The notes under the pieces: generated by a model
What the model was told of the DNA's origin: nothing
The model's input: only the letters and a program-made list of their open reading frames with translations
Databases searched by the model: none
Assembly (NCBI RefSeq): GCF_001194135.2
Contig: NC_068994.1
Location: forward strand, 37,464,709 to 37,501,356
Direction of reading: 5' to 3'
DNA: 36,648 nt
Source of the DNA: Octopus bimaculoides
Lineage: Eukaryota
Shown here: piece after piece, positions 9,213-22,738 of the stretch
Numbering within the stretch: the first letter of the stretch is position 1
Layout: each line of letters begins with the position of its first letter
Program-made: the position numbers and the translations under genes

Positions 9213-10211
9213 AACTACAACATGCTTCATGATAGTAAATTATACAGGTAAAAAGAGTGAAATCAATTTCCTAGAATCACTATTACCAATGTCTAAAAAT
9301 GTCTATTAATATAGTAAAAGATATTCTTATATATCCTACAGATATTGCCTCAACTTTTTTTTCCACTACTTCAAAACCAATTTACTAAGACTGATATCAT
9401 ATATTACGTTTCAAATAATAGAAATAGACATTTCTTAATAGATGCAGAAATAGAAATAAACAAATACACAAAAATTTGGTCTATCAAAAAATATATAAAG
9501 TTTTAACATATATATATGTGTATATATATGTATATATACGTGTGTGTATATATATGTATATATATACACACATGCACACATACATATGTATACAGACACA
9601 CATATACACACACTCAATGTAAAGACATGAATATATGTATGTGTGTGTGTGTGTGTGTATCTATATATCTAATAATATTGATATATACACACATATGCAT
9701 AGACATACATTTAGACATATGTATATATATATACACACACACACACATGGGCACACAGACACAGAGGCATGCAGATATTAAACATATATGTATATATTAT
9801 TTAAATGATTCTTCACACATGAGAGACACCAGGATAGGTGCCCAAGGCGAAATGTTTTTCACAGTTCTTTAGCATGACTCTCCTCTCCTGTCATGCATAT
9901 TGGGACTAGTCAGCTAAGAGAGATTAAATTCTCAAAAATTGTACAGTAGAAAACATATAAAAATAAAAATAAAATAGAACTGCTTTTCAGTAGTCCTTTA
10001 GCAATAAAAATATTGCTTATATCTGTAATATTTCACCAATATCAAATAATTACGATCAATAACGCCAGAAAATCCACTTGAATACACAATAGATTTTTAT
10101 AAATTCAATAACTAGCATAATATAAATTACCAAACACAAAGACTAGCTAATATCTGGTTTGATATGTTTCAATAAAGGTCCTGCATAGGAGAAATACCTT
10201 CGTCTTTATCG

Positions 10212-10214
<3 letters not shown>

Positions 10215-10278
<64 letters not shown>
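10215..10278. repeat. (TA)32 microsatellite
   Basis: Direct inspection; one of many TA, CA and TACA tracts. Confidence 0.95.
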
Positions 10279-10285
<7 letters not shown>

Positions 10286-10916
10286 ATATATACATGTGTG
10301 TGTATATGTGTGTATATATGATATTATTTCCTTCAATTATATCCTCAGAATATTTCATGGATATATATTATATATTTCTATCAGGCAAATAACTATTTGC
10401 TAGCTAGCTTGCTTCTACTTTTTTTATTATTATTTATTTAGTTTTATTTATTTATATATTTATTTAGACATTTTTTTATTATGAATTTCACCTGAGAAAG
10501 AGGACAACATTGGCAATAACATTATTGTGGTTAGCCAACCTAGTATTGCGTTTGAATCATAGTCTCACTTGAATGTTTTTATGATGATATTTTCAGTTTT
10601 ATCTTGCCCCTAATTAATATCAGGAAGGATGAGTGAAGGGATATCTTCAATTGAAAACTAGGATGGAAACTTGTGTTCTTTGATCTTTCTTTGATTTGAT
10701 CTTGAAAATTATTCTTTGATCTTTATCAACTGTCTTTGTGTTTCAATTCATGAGGGTACATTCATATTCCAACTACACAAAGACAGCTTGCGAATAAGCA
10801 GATATGAACACATGCACACAATCACACATGCAAACACACACACACACACAATATTGATGAAATTTATGCATATATATGTGTGTCTGCACGCATACTTATG
10901 TATATATGTATGTATA

Positions 10917-10959
<43 letters not shown>

Positions 10960-11516
10960 AGTATATATTATATACATTTATCTGTATGCATATAATATAC
11001 ATTTATATGTATGTATGTATGTATGATATATACATTTGAATGTATGTATAAATATCTATACATTTATGCATATGCAATGTCATCTGTGCAGATATATGGA
11101 AGCTTCAAATGTCAAAACTAGCTATTTATATAGTTTCCAGCAAACACAACTGTATGGAAGCGTCGAGTATCATAAAACTGTATGCATGTTTATCATTGGA
11201 TATATGCTTATGTGAGTGCAAAAATGCTTGTGTCTATGTCTGTGTGGTGTATATAACCATGTGATTATATACATGACTAAGAGAAATATTTATGGATGAA
11301 CTTATATGTGTATGTGTGTGTGTGTAAGTATACACACACTTTCATGGACATAGATCTAATTTTATAGATAGTGACATAAACCTCATTCATTATACACCAA
11401 AAACTATCTCATTTTATACATACACATCATATATATGTACATGTGTGTGTGTAAGTATTCATATGCATTTGTACAGATGTACATACATATTTACAGATAT
11501 TTATATAAATGTATGA

Positions 11517-11550
<34 letters not shown>

Positions 11551-12689
11551 GGGGGGGTGAACATGTATGTATATGTATACATATATATATTACAATATAT
11601 ATCCAATATTATTTATATATTGTATATACACACATAAATATATATATAAACATATACACCCACATATATAATGCAGGTGTGTGTGTATATACATGTGTGT
11701 ATGCAAGTATGTGTGTGCCTGTGTTTGTGCGTGTGTATGTGTGTGTGTGTGCATGTTTGTGTGTGTGTGTGTGTGTGTGCATAAAAGTGTATGTAGGAGT
11801 GTGTTCATATAGATTGATGATAGCCAAGATAATAAATGAGAATCTTGATGAATAAGAAATGAGTGATATGGTTATATAAAAGACAATTTTATCAATAATA
11901 ATCTTTTAATAATCTTATTAATAACTGATGTCTTGCTGCTGTCATTCCATTTTTTGGTATAATATAGTCAATTCATTTCAGGTATCTAAGCTGTGACTGT
12001 CACACGCATACACATACATGCATATACACAAACACAAACACACACATACACGCTCATAAGCATGTGCACAGCTATGCACATTCATACAAGTACACAAATA
12101 CACACATGCAGTCAGATTTACACTCATATTCACACATGAAGATATCATTGTGTATATAAATAATTATATAAATACATAGAAATATTTCCTCATTCACATG
12201 TATATATGAAGGTAGATATGCATGAGGCATGCACAAATATATGTACAAGAGTTTCCTTAACTCTTAAATACAATATATGCACATACTCGTACACACATAT
12301 ATGCACACACAAACATACAAAGACATACATACATACGTAGGTAGATAAATAGATAGATAGATAGATAGACATGAACAGTTTATCTTCATCCATATATTCT
12401 ACTGCTTTAAAAGTTAGAGTGTGCCTCTTTTTCACATTTATGTTTGCATGTATGTATATATCTGAATGTAAGTATGTATGTATACATGTATATATATCCA
12501 TTTATATAAAAAGAAACATAAATAAGAGAAAGGCCAATTCCATTCATGTGGTAGAATTTACTCGTTACAATCTTAGCTGATTATTCACTTTGTTGTTGCT
12601 ACTATGCAAGGTTATGTTAATATATATTTGTCTGGACTAACGTGAAGATTACCAGTTTCATTGCCAACTGCCATGACCACGACCACTGA

Positions 12690-13435
12690 CTAGCTAGCTA
12701 CAGCACAAGATTGAAAGCTGGAAGTTCACATTAGAAAGAAGCTGAAGTTTCCAAAAACTGTCATCCCAGCATTGTTAAAAACCAAATATGGTGTGAATCT
12801 TGGAAGCAAACCAGTAGATGGTTCTCTTACAACTCTCTTTTCATTACAAGGATTATACTGAGAAGGCCAATGAGAGGAAGAGATATATCCGATGGTGTTA
12901 TGTCAACACAGTGAGTGGTTTGGAAGGTGTGGTCCCAACAGGGTCTTCTTTCTCTGCCAATCTGTCTAAGCCCATTCCTTTGCCCATGGTTTTGCTTAGC
13001 AGTAGATTAGGAGAATGAGAATCTTGTTGAATATGTATATTGCTAATTAGATGATGAAGCTTTGGCAATCTGAAGAAAGTCTTTTGACTACCTTAAGAGA
13101 GTTATTTAGTTACCTTAAGAAAGTCATTTGATTGCCTTTAGAGAGTCATCTGTCTACCTTATGAGATGGAATGGACTCATCAGCTAGATGCTTCATGGGT
13201 CTAGAATGTGTTAGGCATCACAGAGACCAGTGGTTAGCAGGCTATCAAGTCAGCTACAAAGGCAGCAAAGTTTACTTCAAGGGATCCTGAGGTGTACAAT
13301 CCAGAGGGGACACTGCTAAATGGACAAGAGTTAGAGCTTGATCAGCATTGAGTGGAATATCAGATGCTTGATTGCTCAAAGATCTGAAACATCCAGTAAC
13401 ACCAGGTAACAACACTGATGATCTGTCCAAGTACA
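12690..13435 (+). mobile_element. Decayed HERO-like non-LTR retrotransposon: restriction-like endonuclease C-terminus plus 3' UTR, interrupted by an insert of about 200 bp
   Basis: Conceptual translation LATAQD*KLEVHIRKKLKFPKTVIPALLK / PNMV*ILEANQ*MVLLQLSFHYKDYTEKANERKR, and later NVLGITETSG*QAIKSATKAAKFTSR. This follows the HERO-type pattern W.L.VDL...LKFP...LRPDMV...LLELTVPWE...EA.ERK...LGI...AIKSATEAA. Stops and a frameshift are present. Confidence 0.65.
13075..13166. repeat. 22-bp minisatellite, four units plus a partial
   Basis: gaaagtcttttgactaccttaa / gagagttatttagttaccttaa / gaaagtcatttgattgccttta / gagagtcatctgtctaccttat / gaga, with an exact 22-nt period. Confidence 0.85.
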
Positions 13436-13727
13436 TTGTAAGATGATGTATAAAATAAATGTGTGTATAATATGTATGCGTATATCAAATATACATATAC
13501 ATATATGTGTGAGTGTGAATGCGTGCATAGATTGATGTATATATATATCTATATATATATATATATAGATATATATATATATATATATACACATACATAT
13601 AATAAATTTACTTCTAATATAAGGATAAAAATACTTTTGAAAATAATTTTATCAGTGGCCAGAATATTAAATGCCTTTTATAATTTTCACCTTAAAACAT
13701 ATATACATGTGTGTGTGTGTGTGTGTG

Positions 13728-13786
13728 NNNNNNNNNNNNNNNNNNNNNNNNNNNNNNNNNNNNNNNNNNNNNNNNNNNNNNNNNNN
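13728..13786. other. Assembly gap
   Basis: N run between (GT)n and (TA)n. Confidence 0.98.
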
Positions 13787-13818
<32 letters not shown>

Positions 13819-14390
13819 TATATGAGTGTGCATGTCTGTGTGTGTATATATATACATACACACACAAATACACACACATAAATATGTGAATGTATGTATG
13901 CATACACACATATGCACACACACACACACACACACACACACTTGTACATCAAATACAATATATGATACAACTAACAATAATAATAATAAAACAACAGCAA
14001 CAGCAGCAACAACAACAACAACAACAGCAATAATAATAATAATAATAATAATAATAATCATGATAATAATAATAATAATCATGACATTGCATACATAGTC
14101 TACTTGATCTTCTAAGTTATTTGATTATTTGGTATACTTATATCTTAGGCCAATATTTTATATTGTATATTCCTGTATTTGACATACTATATTTGAAATA
14201 ATCTTTGTGTCATTATTTTATCTATTGCGGCTGTTTTATGTTTTGTCTGGGTATAATATGCTCATCCTGGTGTTTTTCAAATCTACTGTTCTTCAGGCAC
14301 TGTCTGTTAACTTTAGAAACATGTTTTTATCACAAGTAAATTCTTGCAGTTAATCAGTCTCATACATATATATATATATATATATATATA

Positions 14391-14631
14391 NNNNNNNNNN
14401 NNNNNNNNNNNNNNNNNNNNNNNNNNNNNNNNNNNNNNNNNNNNNNNNNNNNNNNNNNNNNNNNNNNNNNNNNNNNNNNNNNNNNNNNNNNNNNNNNNNN
14501 NNNNNNNNNNNNNNNNNNNNNNNNNNNNNNNNNNNNNNNNNNNNNNNNNNNNNNNNNNNNNNNNNNNNNNNNNNNNNNNNNNNNNNNNNNNNNNNNNNNN
14601 NNNNNNNNNNNNNNNNNNNNNNNNNNNNNNN
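14391..14631. other. Assembly gap
   Basis: N run next to (TA)n. Confidence 0.98.
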
Positions 14632-14990
14632 ATGTATGTATGTATGTAGATAGATATAGATAGATAGTTAGATAGATATATAGATAGACAGACATACATA
14701 TGTATACACACACATATACACACATATATATATACATACATATATATACATATGTACACATATATAGTTATATAATATATATGCGTGTCTTTTCACATAA
14801 ATACAAATATATATATATTTATATATATATATATACTTACACATATATAATCATATATATATTTTGATGTATATATGTATATATATAGATATTATATGCA
14901 TACATGCATACACACACATGTACATAAGTGTTTATTTTTGTCATTTGTTTTAGGTTCAATGGCTAAGACCAGCCTGGAGCATTATGTATG

Positions 14991-15024
<34 letters not shown>

Positions 15025-17398
15025 TGTATGTGTGTGTGTATGTGTGTGTGTGTGCGGTGTATGTGTGTGTGTGTGTTTATGTGTGTGTGTGCATATGTGT
15101 TTGCTTATGTGTTTACAATCACAGGTAAAATTATTAGATATGATTTTGATGTCTGCATATTTTTTCTTTCACTTTCTCTTTTCTACAGGATTTAGTTCAC
15201 ATGCTTGTTTCTTTGATGTTGTTTAAGTTGATTGAGAGTCAATACTTGACTGTACTTTCTGATGCATTAACAAAATGAGAGTTACATAGCTCTGGACTAT
15301 ACACTGATGCAATTATCCAGTATAGCTGGTATGAATATTCCACCTGAGTAGGGGCATAGCCACATGGTTAACAAGCTCTTTTGCTTGTATATGGTTTTGG
15401 GCTTGATACCATTATGCAGGATTTGGAGCAAATTTCACCCATAACCTTGGGTTCACTAATATTTTATAACTGGAATTTAGTACTCAGAACTAAGCTGAAG
15501 TCTCTTTCCAGTGTGTATATATGTGCAAATGTATGTTTTGGTGTTTTATTTTGGTGTTTTAAGTACTGTATGTATCATTCTGATGTAGACTTCTGTAGAA
15601 TAGGCTTCAGAGACTAACATTTTCAGGCATAGAGTAGACTAAAGCTTTAAAGGAGATAATGAAAAGAGAAAGGCAAGCAGGTGGGTAAATCTCTCTCTAT
15701 ATAATTTATTTCTTTTTAGAAGAAGCTAGATTAACATCACCTTGTAAAATGGAAGCATGTGTGTGTGTATGTGTGAGTGTATATGTGTGTGTGTTTGTGT
15801 GTCAGTTTGTGCGTGTGTGTGTGTATGCATATACATGTGCATGTTTTATGCTTATATGTGTGTGTTTATGTTTGTGTGTGTGTTTATGTTTGTGTGTGTG
15901 AGTGTTTATGTGTGTGTGTGTGTATGCATATGTATGTGCATCTTTCACCAAAATGTATCACTGATGAATGTAAAGATGAATGAGGATGCTGAAAAATATC
16001 TGATGCTTTTTTGAATGAAGTCCTTATGACATTTGTTCTGCATCAGGTTAGACAGAACTTCCTTCATCACTATCCATGATGGAAATACCAGTGTACTAAT
16101 AGTTAGTCTATTAGAAATAAAATAACCAATGATATTATTATTCATAAATTATGATATCAAATAAATTTTAAAGAAATTGTTTAATATGAGATATGTAAAA
16201 TAAATAAATAGATAATTTCAGCCTGTAGCATAAGGTAAACCACCTATATTTTGATATGAACTCACACCTTAGGATTCAATAGCCAAATACTTAATCTACT
16301 TAGTCATTTCTCCATATAATCTAAAGAAATTGAGAATGTTGCAGATAATAGAAATGCAATCTTAAAACGTCCAGGCATGAAGAATTCATTTAAAATTTAA
16401 TGCATATGTGGATTATGGAATAAACGGAAAATGCCTCCAAGCAGAAATTCAATCCAGTTCACTATTTAAGAGAAAGCAGGAAATGTACCAAATTGAACAT
16501 AAAAATAAGATGTTCTACATCCATATTCCTTTTTCTTTCATTTGAATTTATATTTGCAGGAGAAAAGAGAAATATCATGAGAATACCGCTCATTCCATAA
16601 CAGACATCTATACAAAATGAGATTGCCAATAAAATCCATCCTAGCCTTCTGTAAAACAAATACTTTGAAGGAAATGTTATCCCCAGTCATTTAGGAAAAC
16701 ATGTGATTTGAAGTAAATATCAGGTATTGACAGAATTTATTTAAGGAAAGACTTTTTTTTTTGCAGAATTTAATCTAAAAGAGTTATAAACATACTGAAG
16801 AGACCTTTGAACAACTAAATCTCTGGACAATTTACATGTGCAGGTATTTACCCCAGGCTTATCTTTACTGCCAAGTTTGGTAATGTACAAGAAACAAACA
16901 AAAACTGATCTCCTAATAGAATTTTGTAAATTGGTTATTAAACTGATATTGCTTCCTTGAAAAAGCCTTTGCTGGAACAAAATCTGTTCTTGCAACGGTG
17001 TTTAATTTTAGCAATGGACAGTGATAAAAAAAATGTTCTGATACATGTACAAAGAATATAAAGTGGGAATTAGTGTTACTGGCTCTGTACTAACTGTTCA
17101 TTGCTCATGCTAGAGGTACTCATGTGCAAACAAAATCATTATGGATGCTGATCTATGTATAGAAAGACCAGAACAAGTCTCTATCACTAGCCTCTGTTGC
17201 CATAAGCAAGATCAATTAAACCAAGGATAAGATTCTGTCTGATATCGTTTTACATTGTTAAGAAGAAGAAAAATTTTTTTCTCTGACTTATTTTAAAAGT
17301 AAAAGGTTAAAGAGTTTCCACTATTTTAGCCTGTACTTCAATGCCATAAGAAGACCTTTCAGAGATTTATTTATAGATAGATATTCTGGAGAGATTGT

Positions 17399-17404
<6 letters not shown>

Positions 17405-17472
<68 letters not shown>
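17405..17472. repeat. (GT)34 microsatellite
   Basis: Direct inspection. Confidence 0.95.
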
Positions 17473-17476
<4 letters not shown>

Positions 17477-19294
17477 AGGTGGGAAGGAGGACTATTACTA
17501 AGATTTGAAACTGGATGTAGACAATAATCTACATTTTATATAATCATAGCATTGAAGAGGAAATATCTCTTAAGATAGAATGAACTTAGATGGTACAAGT
17601 CTATAACTAAGACATGAGACATTGCTTTCAACTATTCAGCTTAAAAATTATACTGAGTGAACGAAAGATAGATTTAGTTAATGTAAAAGGTCATGGTTCC
17701 CTTTTACCAACTTCAGATCTCTAAGTCTGCCTAATAATGTATGATATACATCAAAATGAAAGATATTAGTAAATATTTTAAGTTTGGATATACCAGTGTT
17801 GCAAGCTGATAAAATCAATTTTTCCACATATAGAAAAGGATTATAAGATGGAAAAAACAAAAATAATGATTAAAATAAAAAGGTATATATATCTCTGCTA
17901 TATTCCCCTTTATTTGTGAATGACATACAATCACTGTGACATAGTAAACCTTGAACCTCATCATCTCTTCTTTACCACTACTACAACACCCCCTGTTATT
18001 CTGAAATCATTAATTCATTGCCCACTCTCTATAAACCTGTTCAATACACCTGTTTCGTTTCTTACCAGCAATCTCAATATATTTAGTATCCCTTTCATCA
18101 AATCAAATACTCAGAAGTGTATCCCATCTGGAACTCCTGCCACACCCTGTTTCTACATTCTTCCCACTAAAACCTTTAACAGAGTCTATACATGGTCACT
18201 TAATTATGGTTCGTTACAAATAGTATACAAATCTCCCCCAAACACACTTTACCTTATAGAAAATGAAACATACATTGGACAATGCTATCCTAGACTACCA
18301 TAAAAATATTTGGTCCTGGTTAGAACCCTTTAAATCATAAGTCTGCTTGAATAAGGTTGACCTGGTTTATAGAGCAAAGCAAGTTCTAAATGTATATTAT
18401 CACTCTTAATTGTTCCTGGCAGTCCCAAATCTCCCAGATTTGGAGAAACTGGAAATGAATGAACAATTTTTCATCTTTTTAAGCTAATTAATTAACATTT
18501 AACTCCACCACCAAAAAAAAAAAGAAACTGAAGAGAAAGATAACATAAAGATAATATACTTTTATATATTTACTGTATTAAAGAGCTTAAAGAGAAAAAT
18601 ATTCATTGCTTTCAGGAATCAGATATCAGCATTAAAAAAAAGTTACATTTTGAATTTAATAGTTACTAAAATATCATTTCAAAAAGGTAAGTGCTTATGA
18701 CATAAAATGATTTTTAAAAAAAATACTTTCATTTAAATTTATATTGAAAATCAGACTGAAATAGAACATTTCCAATGAAGAGACTAGTTCTTATATACAT
18801 TTACATTCATATACACAAACATGTCAGAAGTTATAGCGATAAACACATTGTTATGAAAGGCACAGACACACATGCACACACTGGATGCAAGCACACATGA
18901 AAACATACAGACATGTATTTGCACTTGTAGAAATCCTCTCTCATACATCCATACACACACACACAAACCTTTTAACACAAATACAGATCATTCATGCATA
19001 TGAAAGCAGACACAAACGCATACATACACAGGAACTTTCAAATACAAACGTTATGTACACTTATATTTATACATTTTAACATACTCAAAGTCATATACAC
19101 ACATAGACTTGTGTGCACATACATGTATAATTATACAAATATACACATTGGGGGTGGCCAGAGGCACAGCCCTTCTTTTTCTTATGACCAAATGCCCATC
19201 CCATATATATATGTGTGTGTGTGTGTGTGCACGCGTATGTGTGTGTATGTATATATATATGCATATGTATATATGTATATGTGTGTGTCTATAA

Positions 19295-19334
<40 letters not shown>

Positions 19335-19737
19335 CAATGTTAAATCTCTGAACGAGGTATATATATATATATATATATACATTTATATGTGTATGTGAGT
19401 GTGTTTGAATACACACACACATGCATAAAGTTATTGGTAAATACATTTATGAAGAACAGCATGTGAAAAATTACACAACTATACATACATATTTAAAATA
19501 ATATACTATACAAATGCATGCTCAAACACATATGCATGTACATTACCACACAAACATATACATAAAATACATCAACACAAGCTTGCATCCTTACACACAA
19601 ATAGATATGTATGAGTTATTTTGTGTATGTAGGTAGGTACATATGCGTTTATGTGTGTATCTAGGTATATCTATCTATCTATCTATCTATCTGTCTATTT
19701 ATCTATCTGTCTATCTATCTCCACTTTCTTTCTCTCT

Positions 19738-19787
<50 letters not shown>

Positions 19788-20501
19788 TACACACACATGC
19801 ACTTATATACATACAAATATATATCATACACACACACACATAAACATACATAGACATACACTTAGTATCAAACTAACACTTATACACACATATTTAATAT
19901 AAATACCTATACACAAAACTATTTCAAATTCTTTGTATATACACAAACTGGTTTTATATTTTACAGTTTTCTTTTTCTTTTTTTCCTTAGCAATATAAAC
20001 TTTGTCTAAAGATAGTTTCCATTATACGGTGTTAATTAAATCTGAATTAAGACAAACCAATTAAGACTAAATTTCTAAACAACAAAAAAAATCAAAAATG
20101 AAAAGAAATAGAAAAAGTGAAAAAAAACTTATTCTTAGGGCAATCCAGCAAGCATTTGATTTAAATTCATCACTGAATATTTTAAGGGATAAAAAATATG
20201 AACATAAGTCATGTCCTTGAGTTATTTTTTAAATTTGTAATTATTTTGAGATCATGATTACTTTTAGAAATTATCACTAACTTTGTTTCTCTTTCACTTT
20301 CAAAATCTATGAAAATTTACAAGGGTTATTGAAAGTAAAATAAGGCTCTATTTTGACTTTTTTCTGAATAAAAGAAACAGTTTAACGATAACATGGATTT
20401 TGTATTTTTTGTTTTAATAATGTTAAGTAAAAACAAATTTAACAAGCAAAATCAAACAAAACAAGAAATTTTTTTCCTAACACGTAAAGCAATAAACTCA
20501 C

Positions 20502-20690
20502 CGTTGCTGTTAAATCTTTCTCAGTGTAACGTTAGCTGAGCTGTGTATCCTGCTGTAGAGTTGTACAGTCACTGCTGCTGATGTATCTTGGTCTGTGTTG
20601 TTGTGTGAATATGAGAGAGATAGAAAGACAGAGAAAGTGAATGAATGAGTGTGAAAGAGAGAAATAGAGAGGGGGATGCATAGAAAAAGA
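20502..20690 (-). other. Putative non-coding first exon of the protocadherin (5' boundary approximate)
   Basis: Unique sequence ending on the minus strand in a strong donor, CAGCAACG|GTGAGT (intron starts at 20501). It is preceded by a CT-rich leader and followed by a T-rich intron start. Linkage to the 9185 acceptor is inferred. Confidence 0.5.
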
Positions 20691-20940
20691 AAGAAGAGCC
20701 TGTAGTCTTATCATGCATGGAATGTATGCTATATCTGTTATAGCCAATGACAGGCTGTTTATGGTTCCCATAGAAGAAGAAAAATGGAAACTCTGCCTAG
20801 GATTCTTATAGTGTGTACAAGTAAACCTAATGAAGGCCTGAATCACTCACAGTTCCACTAACTTATTCACCTATAATTATATTATAGATTTATAAAAATC
20901 TCTAATTTAGTCCCGATAAAAAGTCCGCTAATTATGGAGT
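20691..20940 (-). promoter_or_regulatory. Putative protocadherin promoter with CCAAT box
   Basis: AGCCAATGA at 20742-20750 (NF-Y-type, orientation-independent) lies just upstream of the candidate first exon. TAATTA homeodomain-type sites occur near 20873 and 20929. Confidence 0.3.
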
Positions 20941-22555
20941 AGGATGTCTCTTCTTATAATTAGAGGTAAACGACATTTAGAAAGTAGCTTTTGATGCAAA
21001 AAATCAAAGATATGATTACAAGAAATCACTTTAATTGAAGTAATATATTATTTATTCTATATTTGGAAAATATAGAAAAAATAATTTAAAAACGCTAAAA
21101 AAGATTTGTCTCTATATAGACTTTGAGAAGTTGAAATGTTTAGACATATATGAAAATCATCCATTCGATCACTGATTCTTTTCTAACTATCTGTAGGACC
21201 ATTTTTTTTTTTTTTCTTTTTTTGTCAAAGAAAATTCAGAATTTTATGTAAGTTGAAAGATGAATCTTTTTCTGAAAAATAACATATTCATTATCAACTA
21301 AAATAATAATTTCTTTTACTTTGTTGTTGTTATTGCCTTGTTTTAATTCTGCTATACACTAACCCTGTCCTGCTATACACCAAAGTTGTTCCAACCATGA
21401 CCTTCTCATATTTTTACATATTAGGACTACTCTCTATCAATCTGTCCATCGTCCTTTTTTTCCCATTTTTTTTTGGTTTTAAGACATGGGTCTGGCTGAA
21501 GGTTTGGTAACATGGCCAGTTGCATCAGGCTTCACATATTTGGTTTAAGGTAGGTAGGGCACACCATGCATTTCAGTTATTCCAAGAAATATGAAACAAA
21601 AAGATATGGAAACAAGAATAAATAAATATCTTATTCTTACATTAAATTAGATTTTGATTAAACACATCATCACTACATTTACCATTTATATTCTTTGTCA
21701 AACAATCAAATAACTATGTGTGAGGACACCAAATTTCAGCTGGGGCAGGGCACCACCATTAATTTTAGGGCCAGTTCTGTTAGGACAGTAAGGTAGGCTA
21801 GGTGTGTATTGGCAACTATTTCTAGCAAATCAAGCAACCATATAACTACTCATTGTGTGTTTCAAGTTTTGTATTTTTGTCTTTTGTTTTTTTAATAACT
21901 AAAATATTACTTTTTTAAAATTATTTAAATATTTTAAAGAATGTTACAAGTCTTTCTAAGTTTAGTATCAAATCAAATATTTCCAGTGGAAGAAAGATCA
22001 TGTTATTACACTAATTGCAGTTAGAAATATCTCTCACTTCATCACAACATTTTAATTCATAACGTGTTCCTATGGCTGCAACAAATTGCTACTAAATATA
22101 ATTGTTTTATTTTCATTTCTAATCACATTTTCTATCAAAATAGTGAGAGCAAGGAGGAAAAAACTGTATGCCCATCCACATACATAAACACATATACAAA
22201 TACACATTCACAAATGTACATACATATGCTCACAAACATAAACACACTGATATCCACAGGCATATGCATATATTTAAAACACAAATATGTACAGAGTGAC
22301 AAATAGACATACATACACACATACACAAATAGGCACACATGAATCACATGAATATTCAGTCACACACAGAGAAACGTTTCTGTCTGTGTTTGTTTTCATG
22401 TGTGTGTGTGTGTGATTACACACACATACACACACGCACACACACATACACATGCACACACACACACACACACGTACACATATATATAAATATATAAAAC
22501 TGCATGCAGGTGTGTATATATGTGCATATATATACATTTACGTGTATATGTATGT

Positions 22556-22738
22556 NNNNNNNNNNNNNNNNNNNNNNNNNNNNNNNNNNNNNNNNNNNNN
22601 NNNNNNNNNNNNNNNNNNNNNNNNNNNNNNNNNNNNNNNNNNNNNNNNNNNNNNNNNNNNNNNNNNNNNNNNNNNNNNNNNNNNNNNNNNNNNNNNNNNN
22701 NNNNNNNNNNNNNNNNNNNNNNNNNNNNNNNNNNNNNN
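22556..22738. other. Assembly gap
   Basis: N run next to TA/TG repeats. Confidence 0.98.

Noticed and set aside
9872-9896. Hairpin GCATGAC-11 nt-GTCATGC
   Set aside because: A single 7-bp stem is expected by chance in 36 kb.
13075-13166. CRISPR-like interpretation of the 22-bp repeat or of the SINE chain
   Set aside because: Units are contiguous without unique spacers, the context is eukaryotic, and there are no cas genes.
13170-13185. Minus-strand CTGATGAGTCC, resembling a hammerhead start
   Set aside because: No GGAC-GAAA partner follows.
13381-13430. GAAAC...CTGATGA in type II hammerhead order in the HERO-like 3' UTR
   Set aside because: Stems I, II and III cannot be formed in this copy. 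A family consensus could be re-examined.
16462-16659. 65-aa minus ORF with a signal-peptide-like start (RLGWILLAISFCIDVCYG), as a possible alternative protocadherin leader
   Set aside because: No cadherin sequence follows, the donor is weak, and the main exon already has its own ATG and signal peptide.
17880-18303. 127-aa ORF and possible reverse-transcriptase relic (plus strand TPATPCFYILP is Penelope-like; minus strand GVPDGI...NDF...KK...RGI is LINE-like)
   Set aside because: Both readings are weak, mutually exclusive and have wrong motif spacing. A profile-HMM search of all six frames is needed.
21511-21779. Possible decayed MITE with CAGGGCCGG-like ends
   Set aside because: The TIR match is poor and there is no target-site duplication.
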